A DNA stretch of 64,000 nucleotides, from contig OZ024742.1 in assembly GCA_964016885.1 (NCBI GenBank), forward strand, positions 280,550,001-280,614,000, in the 5' to 3' direction. How positions within the stretch are numbered: position 1 is the stretch's first letter; every line of letters begins with the position of its first letter. Below are positions 58,826 to 64,000 of this stretch, piece after piece. Position numbers and translations under genes: made by a program. The notes beneath the pieces are model-generated. The model ran no database searches. It was given only the letters and a program-made list of their open reading frames with translations, and was not told the DNA's origin. The stretch is from Eledone cirrhosa (Eukaryota).

Positions 58826-59352
58826 TATTATTCATATGTAACCCATTTGTAACCACGCAGCACGCCATGTTTTCATATTTTTCATATATATTTTCCTCCG
58901 CTCTGACCCGTCTGTTTCTTTCTTACTGCTACATTTTTCTCTATATCACTCACTTCCTTTTACCCCCTCTACCAGTCAATCTCTCCGTTAGCCTATTCCT
59001 CACACGTTCACTCACTCACTCTCTGCTACTCCCTCTCCTACTTCCTCTCGTTTGATCTGTGCGAGATTTTCCTCACTCACACTTCGACCAGGTCGGATGT
59101 TATTTATTCTCTCTAGTCTACGATTTACGATTTCACAGAACTTATGTTCATCGATTTCAGGGACTTGACTCCTTCTTCCTAACTCTTCTTTGCATTACCA
59201 TCTTTGTTTCTTTACTGTCTCGCTCGTTCGCCCTATTTACGTGTCCCAACGACTTTCTTTAGCCGTTGCTCGCACCAACCAGAGGTATATGGTCTTTAAA
59301 ACCATGAAATACCAATGAAGGCTGGAAGATCACTGATGAAGGACTAAATTTG

Positions 59353-59356
<4 letters not shown>
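58826..59356 (+). mobile_element. Copy of the 7750 repeat family, with the HHR cut off by (TA)n
   Basis: Shares aacccat..aaccacgca, ttgctcgcaccaacc and atcaCTGATGAaggactaa. Confidence 0.65.
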
Positions 59357-59400
<44 letters not shown>

Positions 59401-59405
59401 TATAC

Positions 59406-59495
<90 letters not shown>

Positions 59496-59775
59496 TAGGT
59501 AGAACGGTGAAATACTTGTGTTTGTACCAAATCAAGCATTCTATGCACAGGCAGAGTGTATATAATAGAAAAAACAGGAAGTTGCGTTTACATATGAAAA
59601 ATATTTATTGCGTACCAGATCGATATGTATAAATATTTTTCATATGTAAACGAAACTTTCTCGTTTTTTCTATTATATATATATATGTAGAGGTTATATT
59701 TAATTTGTTGGGATACAACAAGCAAAATTTTTTTATAACTGATATAAAGTACTCAACAAATTATTGGAGTAAATA

Positions 59776-60183
<408 letters not shown>

Positions 60184-60296
60184 GAAGATCAGGATTAAAA
60201 CAGTATTAAACTCAGTCAAACCATTATTCAACAACGTACTTGACTCTTGGGTTAGTAGTGTGACCTCTAATATATATATATATAGAGAGAGAGAGG

Positions 60297-60329
<33 letters not shown>

Positions 60330-60330
60330 C

Positions 60331-60380
<50 letters not shown>

Positions 60381-60381
<1 letters not shown>

Positions 60382-62807
60382 ATTTCTTTATTAGCCACAA
60401 GGGCACAAAAGAAGGGGACAAATACAAATGGGGAGTTTACATACAGGTATATGAAAATAAAACTATTAATAAAATAACAAATAACGATTGATATCCTCAA
60501 TAGGGGGGAGGCGTTACACAGGGGTTGTACACACCCCGAAAAAATGTACAACCCTCATCTCCAGGAGCACCAAGAGTGAGTACTCCCTTCCTCTTTTTCC
60601 TCAACCTACAGGATTATATAGAAAGAAGGCTCAACCACTCGGGCCACTTTTGCCACATTCACCCACCTTTTATAAAATTTGCTGGGTTACAGAACTCCTC
60701 TCTCCATCCTGATTCTTCTTCCAAAATCATATTTGAAAAAAGAACCAGTTGCTCGTCGGAGAGAAAGTTGACCACAGCCCTTTTAACCTCGTCCACCATG
60801 TAACATCTTTCAACATAGCCATAACACATAGGAAAACCTCCTCTCCCTCGTGTTTGAAGGAGGGTGGCGGTTTGATCATGACAATGGACTCGGTGGTCAA
60901 CTGGATTGGTCCCACCAGCGACAATAGTCGTTCTACATAGCCCCACAGGTCGGTAACGCCCGGGCAGTGTAAAAATGCGTGCGCGACGGTTTCCACGAAG
61001 GGTCCCTACCCGCGTGCCCGTGTCTGTAGAGCTTGTCTCGAACTGGTAGAGCTCCTCGGTAGCACTGCCAGGCCAGGGATTTGGGAAGTTGTCCATTGGT
61101 CCCGGGCGGAAGGTCCTACCGAACAGTCTGGCCAGTTCGTCCTCCTCTACGCCTTTTCTCCGAGTTTCTCCGAGCGTGTCGTCGCACTTGCTGCGGACCA
61201 ACCCTCAAAAGAATGTCGAAATGGAGTCTCCACTGATCGCCGGGTCCCTTTGCCAGAGGTCTGTGAGCGCCTGAGCACATTCGATGTGCCAGTGGCCCAT
61301 TTTCCTCGGTCTTTGCTTGACCCAGGACCGCAGCTCGGTCAGCGAGACGAGTTGTGGCAAGGCTCCCCTCAAGAACAGGGCCCACACCGGTTGTCTGGTG
61401 AGGAATACGTGGAGGTGCTGCAGCCTGAGCGCGTGTTTGCGCATCGTCAGCCACGGCATCCCCATCCCTCCGTTTGAAGGGTGTTGGCAGCAGATAGATC
61501 CTCTCACCAAAGGAGCCCTTTTCTTCCAAAGGAATTGGAAGAGCGCGCGCACCATTTTGGTGAGCATTTTGGCTGTACAAGGCACGACGGTCAAGCGGTA
61601 GTAAATGACGGACGCTATAAAAGTGCTCGCCACCTCCGCTAGACCTTGCAAGGATAGTTTGCACTCGGCCCACTTCTGGGTGAGGGCAAACACCTTGGCC
61701 GTCATCTCGTTCAAGTTCTTCTCCACCTGGAGGTCCGGACCAAACCAGACACCGAGCAGCTTTACCGGTCCTTCCGTCCACGTCCGACGACGCCATCGGA
61801 AGGCATCACTTTGCCTCTCCACGTTCCGAGTTGCAAACCGACGTATTTGTCCCGGTTCAACTTCGCTCCTCTGAATCTTTTGTATTCCTCCAATAAGGTG
61901 CCGATCTCCCCGATTTGTGAGGTGCTCTACACCATTTACTATCTCGTCGTCGGCTTAGGCCGACGCCGCTTTTCGCAGTCCCGGTTTCAAATGGATGCCC
62001 TGCAATAGCTCCAACTTCCGCAGTAGTGGCTCGAGAGTCAGTACGTACAGAAGGGAGGAGAGAGGGCATCTCTGTCGGATGGATCGCGTGATATGGAACG
62101 GCTCCGAGAGGTAGCCGTTCACCTTGACCCTTGAGCAGATGTTGCTGCTGTGCATTGCAGCAATCCAGCCCCTCAACATGGGTCCGAAGCCTGCCGCCTC
62201 GAGCACCACATCCAGGTAACGATGGTCAACCCTATCGAAAGCCTTAGACTGATCCAAGTTGATCAGGGCCCCACCGAAGCCGGGTTTACACCCTACCCTC
62301 TCTATGATGTATCGCATTAGGTGGAGATTGTCGTGTATGGACCTGGTCGCGATTGCGCAAGTCTGCGCTTCTCCCACCAGGTTGCACACGACAAGAGCCA
62401 GCCTCTTTGCCAACACCTTGGCCCAAATCTGTAACTCTGTGTTGAGCAGAGTTATGGGCCGGAATTTGCCTATGTCATCCCTCTTGTTCTCGTTCTTCCT
62501 GACTAACGTGATTACGCCCTTGGCCATAGAACTGGGAATTCTCCCGTTCTGCTGCCAGTTGCAGTAGACCGATTTCAGGAGACCGGAGAACAAGTCCGCC
62601 ATTGCTACGTAAAATTCGTAGGGTAGACCGTCGAGACCTGTAGATTTGCATTTGCCGCATAGGCTCAGCGCGTCCTCTATCTCAGCGGCCGAAATCGGCC
62701 TTTCGCAGAACTTCGCCTCGCTGTCCGAGTGTCGCGGTAGGCCGCCGAGGTGTGGACCGATATCCATATACCCTCCCGGCGCGCCGCCCTGCGCGAGCAG
62801 TTGAGCA
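60381..62807 (-). mobile_element. 5'-truncated L1/Tx1-clade LINE
   Basis: KSTGLDGLPYEFY, FRPITLLN, LDQSKAFDRVDH, RQRCPLS, KLLGVWF, GGMGMP and ETVAHAFLHC. The 3' end gtggctaataaagaaat runs into (TATC)n. Confidence 0.9.
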
Positions 62808-62826
62808 TAGATAAATAGATAGATAG

Positions 62827-63210
62827 ATTTCTTTATTAGCCACAAGGGCGCAACAAGAAAGGGGACAATACAAAGACATGCCGGGGATTTTACATACAGT
62901 CGTGTAAAAAATATAAAAACAAACAATTTCAACAATCGAAATCCCCAATAGGGGGGAGGCGCCACAAATGGGTTGTTTAATACCCCGTCGATAGAACAAC
63001 CCTCAACTCAAGGAGCGTGTTGTGCAAGTGCTCCTTTCTTCCTTTTGCTCTCTTCCTCAACCTACAGGCTTATAAACAGAGAAGGCCCAATCACTCGGGC
63101 CATTTTCGCTTCATTCACCCACCTTTCAGTAAATTTACTGGGGTGCAGTGCCTCTCTCTCCACCCTGATTCTCCTTCTAAAGTGATACTTAAAGAATGGA
63201 ATCAATTGTT

Positions 63211-63211
<1 letters not shown>
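62827..63211 (-). mobile_element. Short 3' fragment of a related Tx1-clade LINE
   Basis: Homologous to 60381-60750; (TAGA)n on both sides. Confidence 0.8.
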
Positions 63212-63246
<35 letters not shown>

Positions 63247-64000
63247 CTAGATAGATAGATAGATGATAGATAGATATGGGGTGGAATTTGTGCGTGCGTA
63301 TGTGTGTTTATAAAGTCGGGTGTATGTATTCATGAATATATAGGGACTGCGTAGTAAATAACTAGTGCAAACTAATAAATTCAAAAATCCCAGCTGACAG
63401 CGGAATATCTATCTTGCTTGTTAATAAAATATGTACATTTCCGGTACAATGTGACGATGGGTGTCATTCCTGAACGTTACTTCCGTTCTTCCGTTCTACA
63501 TAACTTTGTTGGTACAGATAAGAGAAAAACTGCAATGCTTCAAGGGAAAGATTAAGGGGTTCTTTTGTATGTTACGTTACATATGTCAAGGGAGTTTTAA
63601 GGACTTTTTACCTTATTTATTTAGTTTCTTTTTGAATTTTTGTATTATTTCACTTTACTATATTTTATCAGCTTATGTCTCGCGTTTTCTTTCCTTTTAC
63701 TTTTGATTAAATGATTTCATGGTTTTTAATATTCCATATGGATTGTTGATTTGATAGAAGCGTTTCAGCGTTTATAGTTTCTACTGGATTCCTGGTCACC
63801 ATGTTTAAGTCATAGTGTTACCCATTTGCATTCCATTCTTTCCGATATCGCACAAATGGTGAAAATAAAGAAAATTTTTATCGGTTCCATATACATTATT
63901 TCTGGAAGGAAAGGTAAAGATAATGACTGGAACTGCTTTGATCATGAGCTTGCTTGATTATAGATCACCTGAAGAAAAGAAAAACAACAGGGAGCGTGCA

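Overview
AT-rich, microsatellite-saturated eukaryotic DNA with no supportable host gene. The repeat repertoire suggests a coleoid cephalopod such as octopus (inference). Four retroelement groups dominate, each bounded by its own microsatellite: Penelope-like elements (PLEs, RT + GIY-YIG; Naiad-like plus one Neptune-like fragment) at (TA)n; a 16.5-kb head-to-tail train of R4/Dong LINEs at (TAA)n, containing a recent 5-7 kb tandem duplication; L1/Tx1 LINEs at (TAGA)n; and an R4-like 3' end at (TACA)n. There are also tRNA-derived SINEs, RTE remnants and MITE-like fold-backs. The main signal invisible to the ORF track is about 18 type I hammerhead ribozyme (HHR) motifs, intact or degenerate, read by eye on both strands. 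They lie in PLE 3' ends, in fold-back palindromes and in a 466-bp tandem dimer that resembles a non-LTR retrozyme able to release a unit-length, possibly circular, RNA. Two HHRs carry the compensatory U3-A8 core. The 5' UTR of the full-length Dong copy holds a candidate double-pseudoknot RNA. All alignments and folds were done by eye, so boundaries are approximate.
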